Of a stretch of DNA of 64,000 bases, positions 1 through 10,226 are shown one piece after another. This DNA comes from Aureliella sp. (lineage in GTDB: Bacteria > Planctomycetota > Planctomycetia > Pirellulales > Pirellulaceae). Below the pieces are notes generated by a model. That model worked only from the letters and a program-made list of their open reading frames with translations. It searched no databases and was not told the DNA's origin. The stretch spans positions 1,472,001-1,536,000 of the forward strand of contig OY829846.1 of NCBI GenBank assembly GCA_963691875.1, read 5' to 3'. The position numbers and the translations under genes are program-made. Each line of letters opens with the position of its first letter. The first letter of the stretch is position 1.

Positions 1-157
1 CCGCGAGAGTGACGAAGAGTCAAACTTCACCCAGCTTGCCCAATCGCCTGACGAGACGCAAGGCGTTAGAATTGGTTTCCGCACGCCGTATGTGTTAGCG
101 GCATCATGCCCCCTGCGTTGAGCTAAAAAACTCATATTTTCACGACTCTGGTGATTC

Positions 158-1897
158 ATGCGTTTCAATTCGATTCTTGTTGCGACCGTCGGCTTTTTCT
201 GTTTGCTAACGCATTCGGCCCACAATTTCTGTATTGCTCAGTCGGAATCTTATCCCGTTCCGCCCGAAGCTCAGAAGCAGGCTGGCGTTCCGGAGGGCAA
301 AATCCTTGGGCCCTTTGACTTCGAATCGCGAATTTTCCCTGGCACCAGTCGGCAATACCACCTGTATATTCCGGAGCAGTACGATGCTTCGAAGCCGACT
401 CCCGTCATTATTGTGCAAGATGGCGTGAATCGGGCTCGCGGTTGGAAGCTACCTCAGATCCTCGACAATCTGATTCATGCGGAGCAAGTTCCGTCGATGA
501 TTGGCGTCTTCGTACAGCCAGGGATAGTCAAGTCTGACAGCTCTGGTTCGCAACCTCGTTTCAACCGCTCCTTCGAATACGATTCGCTCGGTGACCGCTA
601 TGCGCGTTTTTTACTTGAGGAGTTACTTCCCAAGATCAGTCAAGATTATAACTTGAGCCAGGACCCGAATGATCGCGCATTGGCAGGAGCGAGTTCCGGA
701 GGTATCTGCGCTTTCAATGCCGCATGGGAACGCCCGGATGCATTTCGCCGTATCATCAGTACGATCGGCACTTACGTTGGGTTGCGAGGCGGCAATCAAC
801 TCGCCGCTTTGGTTCGGAAGCATGAGGCAAAACCTTTGAGAGTTTTCTTGCAGGATGGTAGCAGCGACCTGAACATCTATGCGGGCGACTGGTGGACAGC
901 GAATCAGGACATGCTTTCGGCTCTTAAGTGGGCTGGCTATGACGTCCAGCATGAGTGGGGGGAGGGTGGCCACAACGGAAAACACGGCGCAGCGATTATG
1001 CCTCAAGCGCTCAAGTGGCTATGGCGCGATTACCCTGAACCGATTCGTGCATCGGCGAATAAACAAGCCAAACGGCGTATCGAACTGCTGGTGGAAGGAG
1101 CTGGCTGGGATGAAGTGAGTAGTGGCCATGAGGCAGTGGAAGCACTGACGGCCAATGCTGGCGGCCAAATCTTCTTCAGCGACGCAAAGGCAGGGCGAGT
1201 TTATCGCATCGACCAAGACTTAAAGACTCGTATTTTTGCTGACCAAAGCTCCGACATCGTTGATCTTGCTTACTGTCCCGACGGCAACCTATTGGGGATT
1301 CAGGCCGGCGCGATTGTCAAATTCGGGCCGGATGGAAAGCTGCGTTCGTTTCTGCCTGAGACCCAGGCCGAGTGTTTGGTGAGCTTGCCGGAAGGTCTGT
1401 TTTACTATGATCGCGGTTTAAACGAGATTCAGTTCGCAACCTTTGATGGAAAAGTCAAAGAAGCCGGCGTGGTCGTAGCGCCACCGATCGCGATGACACC
1501 CACGGTGGACCATGCGTTTCTGCATAGCGTCGGTCAAACGCAAGCGACATATCATTCTGCGAATTTGGCGGGGGACCTCAAATATCACCAGGAGTATGGC
1601 TTCCTAGAAATGCCATATCTGCGAACGAAGAGCGGAGTCTCCGCTGCTGCGATGGATCGGGACGGCCTGCTTTATGTCTCGTCGACCGTCGGGGTGCAAG
1701 TACTTGACCAGCTTGGTCGAGTGAACTTTATCATTGCACCGCCTAACAGGAAACCGATCGAGGACATCGCGTTCGGTGGTGCGAATCTTGAATACCTTTA
1801 CGTGGCAACTTCCTCATCCGTTTTCCGCAGGAAATTCAACACGAAGGGAGTGGTTTCGTTCGCTCAGCCCATCGCTCCCCCCAAGCCAGGGCTTTGA
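158..1897 (+). CDS. Secreted fusion of an enterochelin-esterase-like alpha/beta hydrolase and an SMP-30/gluconolactonase beta-propeller
   Basis: Signal peptide; esterase motifs RQYHLYIP, NRSFEYD, nucleophile elbow GASSGG and GEGGH; C-terminal propeller with DRDGLLYV, GVQVLD and IAFGG..LYV. Confidence 0.85.
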   Translation: MRFNSILVATVGFFCLLTHSAHNFCIAQSESYPVPPEAQKQAGVPEGKILGPFDFESRIFPGTSRQYHLYIPEQYDASKPTPVIIVQDGVNRARGWKLPQILDNLIHAEQVPSMIGVFVQPGIVKSDSSGSQPRFNRSFEYDSLGDRYARFLLEELLPKISQDYNLSQDPNDRALAGASSGGICAFNAAWERPDAFRRIISTIGTYVGLRGGNQLAALVRKHEAKPLRVFLQDGSSDLNIYAGDWWTANQDMLSALKWAGYDVQHEWGEGGHNGKHGAAIMPQALKWLWRDYPEPIRASANKQAKRRIELLVEGAGWDEVSSGHEAVEALTANAGGQIFFSDAKAGRVYRIDQDLKTRIFADQSSDIVDLAYCPDGNLLGIQAGAIVKFGPDGKLRSFLPETQAECLVSLPEGLFYYDRGLNEIQFATFDGKVKEAGVVVAPPIAMTPTVDHAFLHSVGQTQATYHSANLAGDLKYHQEYGFLEMPYLRTKSGVSAAAMDRDGLLYVSSTVGVQVLDQLGRVNFIIAPPNRKPIEDIAFGGANLEYLYVATSSSVFRRKFNTKGVVSFAQPIAPPKPGL

Positions 1898-1988
1898 TTG
1901 CATGGAGAACAGTATTGCTGTCCGCTGTCGGGTTGTGAGGCCTCGTTTACTCTTCGAGTCGTGAGGAATCGCTCTTGATCGGCAGAGC

Positions 1989-2438
1989 CTAATGGTTGCC
2001 CTGGTTGACTCGTTGAAGCTCTTTTTCCACGCCTTGTCGAAGCCCATTTTGCTTATGTCCGATTTTTCGAATCGTCGAAGCAAGCTGCGAAGCGTACCGA
2101 TTGACGTAGACTTCACTGGTGATCGTCTCAGAGGCTTTTCTTTCCCTCTGTTTTGCCGCCTCCTCACGCCACTGCTCTTCGTCCTCCAGGGCTTGAGCAC
2201 GAATTCTTTCGTTTCTTTCCTGCTTTGCGAATGGCGTATAACCGGTTTCATTGCTGACTGATTCGGCAGGCTGTTGCGATATGTCGCCTTGTACTTTGTC
2301 CACCAACCGCATGAAGTAGCTGATGAATACGCAGCTGCAAAGGAGCAGAGAGCCAAGGCTCAGCCAAGTCACAAGATTTATTTGAGTTGCTCGCTTGGAC
2401 CGCGTGGGTTCAAGTTGGGTGTTCGTTTCGGAATTCAT
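1989..2438 (-). CDS. Hypothetical single-pass membrane protein with a coiled coil, possibly truncated
   Basis: One hydrophobic helix (LVTWLSLGSLLLCSCVFISYF) followed by an E/R/K-rich helix; co-oriented directly downstream of the vWA gene; ATG at 2438 chosen as start. Confidence 0.5.
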   Translation of the reverse strand: MNSETNTQLEPTRSKRATQINLVTWLSLGSLLLCSCVFISYFMRLVDKVQGDISQQPAESVSNETGYTPFAKQERNERIRAQALEDEEQWREEAAKQRERKASETITSEVYVNRYASQLASTIRKIGHKQNGLRQGVEKELQRVNQGNH

Positions 2439-2478
2439 GAGATTGCGGTGCAAAAATGACACTCAGGTGCAACGTCCT

Positions 2479-3723
2479 CTATTGAGTAATGATGGTTGGT
2501 AGGTTGTTTGCGATCTCACGAAAGACTTCGATCAATTCAGCGCCAGTATCAGCGTGATAGTGTAACCCTCCTCCAATGTCAGCTACTGCCTGCATCCGAT
2601 TTTGGTCTGCACCTGCAGAGAAAGTGACAGTATGAATGGTGATGTCATATGTCCCGACATAGTCCTCAGCCACATCCACCGGATCGATGCCAGTGTTGTG
2701 CATACCATCGGTCATCACGATTACCGTTTTCGCTGCAAGTGGCCGGGCATAATTTGTATCGTAAAGAGTCGGTACGCCAGCTTGCATTCCGAGCCCGATA
2801 GCGGTCCAACCACCAGGACCGAGAGTTCCCAATTCATCGATGACGTCTTGGTAGTTGCTTTGTAACGGTAGATCGTTGGAGCCAGATGTCGAGTAACTGC
2901 TCAGTGACACCATTTCGGTCTGTACAGTCGTCTCTAACACTCCGAGAAAAACGCCCACCGCTAACACAAGATCATCCCAAGGTGTGTTGGGTGCATCTCC
3001 CAGCTGGTAGTACTGCTCCCAAGCCCAGGTCTGAAAACTGTTTGAATCCTGTCCTGAAGAATAGTAGTAGCTACCGTTATGCGTGTAGAGAATTCCGGCC
3101 TGTGCGGCCGCAGAGTACACGGAGTAATTCCAAGGGCTGTAGCCCGATGGCCAATCCCAAGTCATCCAACCCATGGAGCCCGAGCGATCCAGCACTAAGG
3201 CGATATCACGATCCACTTGCATCGCAACACTCTGGCTTGATAAGTCCACGAATTGAGGAAGCCCGAATCCTGGAAAGGGCATTTGCACAGGGCCGCCTCC
3301 ACCTGTCATACGATTTCCGGTAACACGCATAGCGTTGGCAGATACGGTGCCTGAACGAACGAGAGCTGTATCCTTCTGCTCAAAGCCGAAACGTTCGGAT
3401 CCGGTAAGTTTCTCAGAGAGCCCAAAGTGCACTTGCCCCGCTGAGTCAGCCGTGTCAAGAACGAGCGCTTCTCCGGAAACAGTGTTCATCGCTGCCGTGA
3501 TTCGAGCGACTTCCAAAGCTTGATCTACATCTTGCAGTTCACTCAGAGCTCGCCCTCCAGCCCGTGCAGCTGCGTCTGTTGAAATCATTAGTTCTGTTCG
3601 CGCAAGCTGTGCATAAGCCAAATTGATTGTCAGAGCAGCGACCGCAAATACTGCCGGCAGAAGAAAACACATCAACACCAAAATATTACCTTTTCGCGTA
3701 TTCTTGTTCATCTTGGTGTGCAT
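2479..3723 (-). CDS. TadG-like pseudopilin with von Willebrand factor A domain
   Basis: N-terminal RKG|NILVL prepilin-like TM, Tad motif STDAAARAGG, MIDAS motif LVLDRSGSM, T-AIG, VMTDG. Confidence 0.9.
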   Translation of the reverse strand: MHTKMNKNTRKGNILVLMCFLLPAVFAVAALTINLAYAQLARTELMISTDAAARAGGRALSELQDVDQALEVARITAAMNTVSGEALVLDTADSAGQVHFGLSEKLTGSERFGFEQKDTALVRSGTVSANAMRVTGNRMTGGGGPVQMPFPGFGLPQFVDLSSQSVAMQVDRDIALVLDRSGSMGWMTWDWPSGYSPWNYSVYSAAAQAGILYTHNGSYYYSSGQDSNSFQTWAWEQYYQLGDAPNTPWDDLVLAVGVFLGVLETTVQTEMVSLSSYSTSGSNDLPLQSNYQDVIDELGTLGPGGWTAIGLGMQAGVPTLYDTNYARPLAAKTVIVMTDGMHNTGIDPVDVAEDYVGTYDITIHTVTFSAGADQNRMQAVADIGGGLHYHADTGAELIEVFREIANNLPTIITQ

Positions 3724-3786
3724 GGTGCATTCCTCTTCAAAAAATATCTCAAAAATGCTTTGGGTCCTCAGCTCTCAAGGCTTGCG

Positions 3787-4239
3787 TCAATTTCCGTTAT
3801 AAAATCCGTCGTAGCGTTCTGTTTTCATCGTACATTCAGCAACCATGTTTACTTGGCCTGAGAACTTGGCGATGATCAAAGAGTTCTGACTCATCGGAAC
3901 TTCGATGCGAACGGTAATGTCGTTATCTGAGTCGGATAGCCCATCGCCACCGTTAATAATGACATTTGCCCCCTGCGTTCCCATAGCATTTAAAATTCGA
4001 TTCGCTTCATCGATAGCTTCCTGCTCTGTGGCTCCTGGTACGAAACAGTCTCGGCAAGCAAAATAGGCTGCATCCTGCACCAGGTTTCGGATCATGTTTA
4101 GTCTGGCGAACTCAAGGCAGCCAAACAGCAGTAGGATAAAGATGGGAACCACAAGGGCGAACTCAACAAGCGTCGCAGCGCTACGATGTGATACACATCG
4201 GTCTCTGCGTCTTCGAGCTCTGCTTTTCAAATATCTCAT
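3787..4239 (-). CDS. TadE-family pilus assembly pseudopilin
   Basis: RSAATLVEFALVVPIFILLLFGCLEF and AAYFACR motifs; ATG at 4239 avoids overlap with the upstream gene. Confidence 0.9.
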   Translation of the reverse strand: MRYLKSRARRRRDRCVSHRSAATLVEFALVVPIFILLLFGCLEFARLNMIRNLVQDAAYFACRDCFVPGATEQEAIDEANRILNAMGTQGANVIINGGDGLSDSDNDITVRIEVPMSQNSLIIAKFSGQVNMVAECTMKTERYDGFYNGN

Positions 4240-4253
4240 CGGTGCACCTGATT

Positions 4254-4700
4254 CTATGGATTCGCAAACTCTTTTCTCAGAGTGACAGTTGCGGATACCG
4301 ATTTCCCTGCGAACAGCACGCCACCGATTACGGGCAAGTTGTCTGCGCAAGGCACTTGAACAGTGACAGTGATCATGTCCAAAGTGGCAGCAGAATCGAA
4401 TCCTGGTGAGCTGATGGTGACAGCATCACTGTTGAAGGTCACGCCACGTTCGGTGAGTACAGCTTCGGCTCTGGAAATTGCGTTCGCATTGGATCCGCCA
4501 CTCCGAATTCCAACGCGGCTACCTTCGTAGGCAGCTATCGTCAGTGTTTCCTTCAGGAACATGGCTGAGCACAGGTCCACGGTAGCAAACGTGACTGCGA
4601 TAAGTACTGGAATACAGAAAACGAATTCCACTGTCGCGACTGCACGCCTATGCACAGCAACGCCTGTTGCGCGGCGACGAATTAATCTATTGCCTCTCAC
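4254..4700 (-). CDS. TadE-family pilus assembly pseudopilin
   Basis: RRAVATVEFVFCIPVLI and AAYEGSR motifs; GAGGAG RBS upstream of the GTG start. Confidence 0.9.
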   Translation of the reverse strand: MRGNRLIRRRATGVAVHRRAVATVEFVFCIPVLIAVTFATVDLCSAMFLKETLTIAAYEGSRVGIRSGGSNANAISRAEAVLTERGVTFNSDAVTISSPGFDSAATLDMITVTVQVPCADNLPVIGGVLFAGKSVSATVTLRKEFANP

Positions 4701-5255
4701 CAGCCACTCCTCGATGTTGCCCTAGTTGTGAGAAGTCTTCCTAGCAGAAGACTGTTAGAAACACTCGCCAAAAAGCCTGCTCGACGCCCTCACCGAGGCG
4801 GTGAATGGATCCCCCTTTGGACTGCCCCTAGAAGCTTATGTCAAATTTCCGCGGGAGAGCGATAAATTCTGGAGAGCAGAGTAGACCTCGGAATTACTGC
4901 AGCTATCCAGCAATATTGACTGGAAGCCAAGACGGTGGTCGGTGTCCCTATTCCCGAAACATAAGAGCTTCGGTTACCCACATAGATAGCGTGGACACGA
5001 TAGCGCATTTTACATACGACCATGCCCGTACTCACAAGCAAGAAGCTTGTTTCAACACGGTTGGCCTCATCCGCTAGCGTGGGACTCGGGCGTATCCCGT
5101 TGGTTGGGTGAGGCCGCCACCATGTTAGGTGACCGGCAGAAGAGCTACTACTAATGGAATGTGTATAGGCAAGGGACCACTGCTTGAAAACAAGCTTGGG
5201 GCAGGATCTGGCTTGCATTCGGTCCTAGAAGGCAGCTGTCGCTTCCCATTCCCTT

Positions 5256-7844
5256 CTATTCTTCGTCGTCGTAGATCAGCGTTCCCGTTTCCTTAACGAC
5301 TGGCTGCGGCCAATTTTGGCTCGTCAGCTTACTGCGTACAATCTGCCTTCCTTGTTGATCGTGTTGGACTTGGAAACGGAAAGTGTATTGATCGCGGTTA
5401 CGCATTTCCGGAATCGGAGCGAAGGTCAGGGTGCTGCCTTTGCTTTGATATTTGACTGGCGAATCTAGAACGGAGAGTAATTTTGCTCCCTTGGGCAGAT
5501 CGACTGCCAGCTGAACATTACGGTCAGACTCATTACCGACGTTGGTCACCTGCACGGAGTAAGTCGCAACCGAGCCGATTTCGATCGTGCCATCATCTTG
5601 GCCGACCGTGAATGCCAACTCAGAGAGCCCCCGAACCGCGACTTCGCTCTTGGATTCAACTTGAATACCGAGGTCGGCGGTTGCACCGAAGCTAATCACC
5701 TGCGTTCCCAAATCCACAGGTAGAACGGCAACTTCGATAGGAGCGGTTTGCCCAATCTGCAAGTCTTGCAAGCCCCAAGAGACTGAATGCGTAGCAGGAT
5801 TGTAGTGGCCGTTTGCATCTGTATTGTTGAACTTTAGACCTGCTGGAAGGTGCAGTTCAAACTCGAGGTTGGTGGCCGCTGCTGTGCCCGTGTTCTTCAC
5901 TGCGACCTTGTAGGTAGCTTGCCTCTCCAAGTATCGCACTTTCGGGCCAGTTATTGCAGCGACCAATTCAGGCGCGAGTACCTTTACCGGCAGCACCTTG
6001 TCTGCGCGGATCCCGTCAGCCGCAATAGCCCTGAACTCGCAATTTGCCGCACCTGGCTGGGAGGCGGAGCAGAACAACTCGATGCTACGTGACTCGCCAG
6101 GACGCAGCTCACCCACTGGGGCTTCGAGCTGCGTGTCGCCACTCTCATGCCGAAGCTGCGTAGGAATATCCGCTTCCAAGTTGACGTTCCTTGCCGTTCC
6201 TGTCCCAGTATTTCGCAGGTTAATCACAATCTTCTGGTTGCCTCCCAAGAGAACATCTTGGCTGGCCTGCAGGTCCAGTTCGAGTTTTGGCAAGGTGGCG
6301 ATGGATCGCATGGAAGCTTGTGCAGCGATTTGCACCGTGGCGACGCTACCAATCTCGCCCTGGATTTCTGGAATGATGGTGAGCGAGATGGTTCGCTTTT
6401 CTCCAGCGGAAATCTTACCCACGTCCCAGGTCAGCATTCCTTCCGGGCCTTCTTGGGCAGCAGGGATTGCCTTAACAAACTTGACGCCCCGTGGAATTCG
6501 ATCTAGCACTCGCACGCCGTGTGCTGTGGATTGGCCACGATTTTCAACCTCAATTGTAATTGTCGCCCGTTTACCGACTTGTACTTCCTCCGGTGCAACC
6601 TTGTTAATCATAATCACTGGACTTTGCGCACCGTCAAGAGATCGGCTACCAGGGCGGTTACTACTGAGGCTTGCTAGCCGGCCAACAGTTTCGGTTGCGT
6701 AGGATCCAGGCGCTGGACCGCTCGGCGTGGCAGCAGATGAGGTCGGTGCCGCAGGAAGCGGTTCAGCGTTTCGCGGCACCGAAACCGGCGCGACATTACT
6801 AGGCAGTGAACGCATCGGCAGGGCCGCTGGCCGCTGCGGAGCCGAGCTACTTGACCGCTGGGCAGATACGCTTGGCGGTAGAGCCGCGGGACCAAGATTC
6901 GTTTGCCCGACGGGAGCCGTTAGAACGGTCGCAGACATGACGCCGCGTTGGGTGTCGGACATATCGCTGACCTGAGAGGTAACGGGCGATTCTGCTGGCA
7001 GATGTGGAGGCATTGAAGGCGTTGCTGGCGGTTGAGCATAACCGTCCGTGACTGGCGGCGTAGTTGCACCAAGCGCAGTTGCGTTTCCACTACTAGAGAC
7101 TGGAATCGGAGCGGAGGAGCTTGGAGCACTCGGCGAGTCCGAAATCGCTGCGGAATGAGGACTTTCTGAATTGGACCCGATAGACGTGAGTTCTGCTGGA
7201 GCTTCTCTATCTGTAGGTAAAGCTGTTGGCGCGAGGGGTAGTGAGACGACTGGTGCTGGTATGCCAGAAGTAACGGTCGCAGCAGGTGGAGTACTCGTAG
7301 ATGACATGCCAGTCGAGCGCAAAGATGGCGGACCGCTGGTGTCCGCTTGGTCAAGATTCGGAAGAGCCGGTAAGCTTGCCGGTGCCGAAGCAGCTGCGTC
7401 TGGCGCTGGCGCTTCCGGCAGCCATGCTGGTCTCTCGGGAGCGGTTGTCGGCAAAGAAAGGGCCGGGGCAGCAACATCATTCGAAGCACTCGTGCCTGGC
7501 AGAGGTGGAACATCGGAAATGCTGCCACGCAGGGGATTAGAGTCGCTCGATTCCGACTCAGATGGGACGCTTAGCGCAGTGTAAATGGAGGGCTGCTCAT
7601 TGTTTGCACGAACGATGGGCGGTGGGATATCCAACGACCGAGATCTCCGGGCGGATGCGAGGTCAACCTGGGGTCCCCACGACGACTCGACGGCAATGGG
7701 CTCTTGGTCGACTGGCTCTTTGGGCGTCATCGCAGAGGTTTCGCGCGGTCGATTGCGCGAATCGTGCTGCGCGAGTGCGATTGCACATGCACCTAAAACG
7801 ATACATCCACCAATTGAGGCAAGGCGTGTGCTGGTTTTTTTCAT
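5256..7844 (-). CDS. Secreted DUF11 (Ig-like repeat) protein with a long Pro/Ser/Ala-rich linker
   Basis: Signal peptide MKKTSTRLASIGGCIVLGACAIALAQ; low-complexity P/S/A stretch; four repeats of the form (V/L)xNxGxxxAxNVxL...LPxG; start moved from 8261 to ATG 7844. Confidence 0.85.
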   Translation of the reverse strand: MKKTSTRLASIGGCIVLGACAIALAQHDSRNRPRETSAMTPKEPVDQEPIAVESSWGPQVDLASARRSRSLDIPPPIVRANNEQPSIYTALSVPSESESSDSNPLRGSISDVPPLPGTSASNDVAAPALSLPTTAPERPAWLPEAPAPDAAASAPASLPALPNLDQADTSGPPSLRSTGMSSTSTPPAATVTSGIPAPVVSLPLAPTALPTDREAPAELTSIGSNSESPHSAAISDSPSAPSSSAPIPVSSSGNATALGATTPPVTDGYAQPPATPSMPPHLPAESPVTSQVSDMSDTQRGVMSATVLTAPVGQTNLGPAALPPSVSAQRSSSSAPQRPAALPMRSLPSNVAPVSVPRNAEPLPAAPTSSAATPSGPAPGSYATETVGRLASLSSNRPGSRSLDGAQSPVIMINKVAPEEVQVGKRATITIEVENRGQSTAHGVRVLDRIPRGVKFVKAIPAAQEGPEGMLTWDVGKISAGEKRTISLTIIPEIQGEIGSVATVQIAAQASMRSIATLPKLELDLQASQDVLLGGNQKIVINLRNTGTGTARNVNLEADIPTQLRHESGDTQLEAPVGELRPGESRSIELFCSASQPGAANCEFRAIAADGIRADKVLPVKVLAPELVAAITGPKVRYLERQATYKVAVKNTGTAAATNLEFELHLPAGLKFNNTDANGHYNPATHSVSWGLQDLQIGQTAPIEVAVLPVDLGTQVISFGATADLGIQVESKSEVAVRGLSELAFTVGQDDGTIEIGSVATYSVQVTNVGNESDRNVQLAVDLPKGAKLLSVLDSPVKYQSKGSTLTFAPIPEMRNRDQYTFRFQVQHDQQGRQIVRSKLTSQNWPQPVVKETGTLIYDDEE

Positions 7845-8752
7845 TCTTCGACATCCATGTCGGCCAGATCTGAATAAGGGAACCTGCAAGAAAGCGGTTC
7901 TAGTCGTGTGGCCGCGAGGCTTCATACTGAGGCTATTGGACACTACGATCATCGTGTTGGTAGCAAATTCGAAAGTCGGCTGATAGTGCAAATACAAGCT
8001 CGGGAATGTCATGAGAAAATACGAGGTGTAAACCACGCATTCTCCTTTACCGGTCCTATAGTTCAGTGTTGCTAGACACTGCCATGGAAAGCACTCTGCC
8101 TGAACACAAGACGGGGAGAATGAAAATGAAGCGAGTGGATTGCTTTGAGGTCCGAGTTGTTCCCGCCGAGTCTTCACCCGAAAACCCTGAGATGCAGCAA
8201 TGCTTGCAATTGCGAGGGTGCGAGGGGAAATCCAGGTTCGCCAAAGCCAGACGCTTACCAAATTGGCATCAAGCTCGTAGGCACGTCCATCGCCTCTTTC
8301 AGCGAAATCCGTATTTGGATGCGTCGGAAGTAGTAATCGTTGACGTCGCGACGGCTAGCGTGCTTGTTCGTTTCTCTAAAGTGAATCTCGAGAGCCAGCG
8401 GAATGGTTATTCGATAGGGAAAAGAAATTCGAGTGCGATAGCACGTCAGACCGCGAAGTCTTGGGACAGCCTAGCGTTTATGAAGAGTGGTGAGAGCCGA
8501 TTCTTCGAGAACAGGAATTTAGTCGACTTCCAATGGCATTGGGTGGATGGAATGAGCGGCGAGCAACCGTTCCGTAGGTCTCGCCTGGAACGTGCTGCCG
8601 ATCAGAATTCTATTTGTGCCTTCGCACTTCAAGTTGGTAGTTCCATTGCCTATTCGCTTTCCGCACTGACGCGTTTGCTGCCCGCTCTTGTCCGAAGTTC
8701 CAACTACTAGTAGTTTCATACGTCTTGGAAACTCTTCCTCCGTTTGGGTTAG

Positions 8753-9574
8753 GTGCGCGTGCCAATTGTTGAATTGAGCGACCCTCTGGATCGACGATTG
8801 GATCCGTATCGTGATATACGATCACGCAACTGGACAGAGCAAAGCGGCTATTTTATCGCCGAAGGCCCGATAGTCGTCGAAGAATTGCTTCGCAGCGATT
8901 TCGATTGTCAAAGCATGCTGATCGGAGCAAAGCATTTGGGTCGGTTCTCGACTTGGTCGGAGCTATCGGACGCTCCAATTTTCTGTTTGCCCGATTCAGA
9001 GCTCCAGCGGCTGGTCGGTTTCAAATTCCACCGAGGGATTTTGGCATGTGGCAGCCGACGACCACTCCGAAGACTTGGCGATTCCGGTGCAGAGTTAGAC
9101 TTTCCCGCCCAAGCTACCCTGGTCGGACTGGAGGGAGTGCAGGATCCTGAAAACCTTGGAGGGATTCTTCGAACCTGCGCGGCACTCGGGATTCATGCAG
9201 TTCTTGTAGGACCAGGCTGTGCAGATCCATTCTCTCGACGTGCCTTGCGTGTAGCGATGGGGGCAAGTCTGCAATTGGATATGTTCCGCGCCGAGAGTTT
9301 CGCAGAGGTACTTCCAGACCTATGGCGGCAGCATGAGATCGTCTCTTTCGCAACTGCTTTTTCGCCGGGCTCTCAACCACTCGCGCAGGCCGAGCGACGC
9401 CCAAGAACCATGGTTTTGCTTGGAAACGAAAAGCTTGGGCTATCGGATAGCACAATAAAAAAAGTCGACCACCAAGTCTGCATTCCGATGCAACTTGGAG
9501 TCGACTCGATGAACGTAAACGTAGTTGCTGGAATTGTCCTGCACTACTTTTGCGAACTTGCTCCTGAAGTCTAA
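8753..9574 (+). CDS. TrmH/SpoU-family RNA 2'-O-methyltransferase
   Basis: FIAEG, HRGILA, QDPENLGGILRT, RALRVAMG, LGNEKLGLS and IPMQLGVDSMNV SPOUT motifs. Confidence 0.92.
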   Translation: MRVPIVELSDPLDRRLDPYRDIRSRNWTEQSGYFIAEGPIVVEELLRSDFDCQSMLIGAKHLGRFSTWSELSDAPIFCLPDSELQRLVGFKFHRGILACGSRRPLRRLGDSGAELDFPAQATLVGLEGVQDPENLGGILRTCAALGIHAVLVGPGCADPFSRRALRVAMGASLQLDMFRAESFAEVLPDLWRQHEIVSFATAFSPGSQPLAQAERRPRTMVLLGNEKLGLSDSTIKKVDHQVCIPMQLGVDSMNVNVVAGIVLHYFCELAPEV

Positions 9575-9576
9575 AC

Positions 9577-10044
9577 CTATTCGGATGTCAGCGTGAAGTT
9601 GACGTCCTTGTTTTCACCAGCAATAAGATCGGCAGTTAGCTCAGAGTTCTGGTTGTACTTGGCAGGAACGGTTTCCTTAAACTGAGCAGCGTCTTTGTAG
9701 TTATCGCCTTGCGCGAGCGCTTCGTAACCATCGGAACCCGAGCCGCTGTTTTCGTCATAGGGAGCATTGTCTTCGTCGACTGCTGTATCTGGAGTGTCGG
9801 CCGTTTGTTGGCTGGAAATAGAAACTTTGTAGCTACCTGGGCTAGCGACAAGTGAATAGCTACCAGACGAATCGGTCGTTGCAGCGTTTGGTGTACCTCC
9901 CGACTTGGGAACAAAGGCAACTACTAGCCCCGCTGCCGGGGATCCGTCCATTGTTACTGTTCCAGTTACCTGTGACGTAGGGTCACCACATCCAGCTGTT
10001 GCTGAGACGAGTGCGACTAAGGCTAAGAAAGCCACTCTGCTCAT
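9577..10044 (-). CDS. Lipoprotein with carboxypeptidase-regulatory-like (transthyretin-like) domain; typical DUF1559 partner
   Basis: Lipobox TAG-C; VTGTVTMDGSP, ATTDSSGSYSL, PGSYKVSI, VPAKYN..SELT; AGGAG RBS before ATG 10044. Confidence 0.88.
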   Translation of the reverse strand: MSRVAFLALVALVSATAGCGDPTSQVTGTVTMDGSPAAGLVVAFVPKSGGTPNAATTDSSGSYSLVASPGSYKVSISSQQTADTPDTAVDEDNAPYDENSGSGSDGYEALAQGDNYKDAAQFKETVPAKYNQNSELTADLIAGENKDVNFTLTSE

Positions 10045-10155
10045 TTTGTTTCTCCTGAAAAAAGGAAAAGATGCATGGGATTGAAAGATTGAAACTCTGT
10101 CAGTCAGTGTAACTCCGCAATTCGGAAAGATTTTCAAATTTGAAAACGCTACCCC

Positions 10156-10194
10156 AAAAGTGAAAAAGGCGAGTGACACGAGCCACCCGCCTTT
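10156..10194 (-). terminator. Putative intrinsic terminator between the DUF1559 and lipoprotein genes
   Basis: Minus strand AAAGGCGGGTGGC-TCGT-GTCACTCGCCTTT (13-bp stem with G-U pairs) followed by TTCACTTTT. Confidence 0.65.
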
Positions 10195-10226
10195 ATTTTG
10201 CAATGCTTCAAGCTCTTCGTAAAGAA

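Noticed and set aside
4841..5218. 125-aa minus-strand ORF upstream of tadE
   Set aside because: No RBS or motif; overlaps the structured element
7845..8261. N-terminal 139 aa of the 1001-aa ORF call
   Set aside because: Non-protein-like; a clear signal peptide begins at ATG 7844
8066..8710. 214-aa plus-strand ORF
   Set aside because: No recognisable motif and Arg/Ser-rich random composition; more likely the divergent promoter region between the DUF11 and TrmH genes
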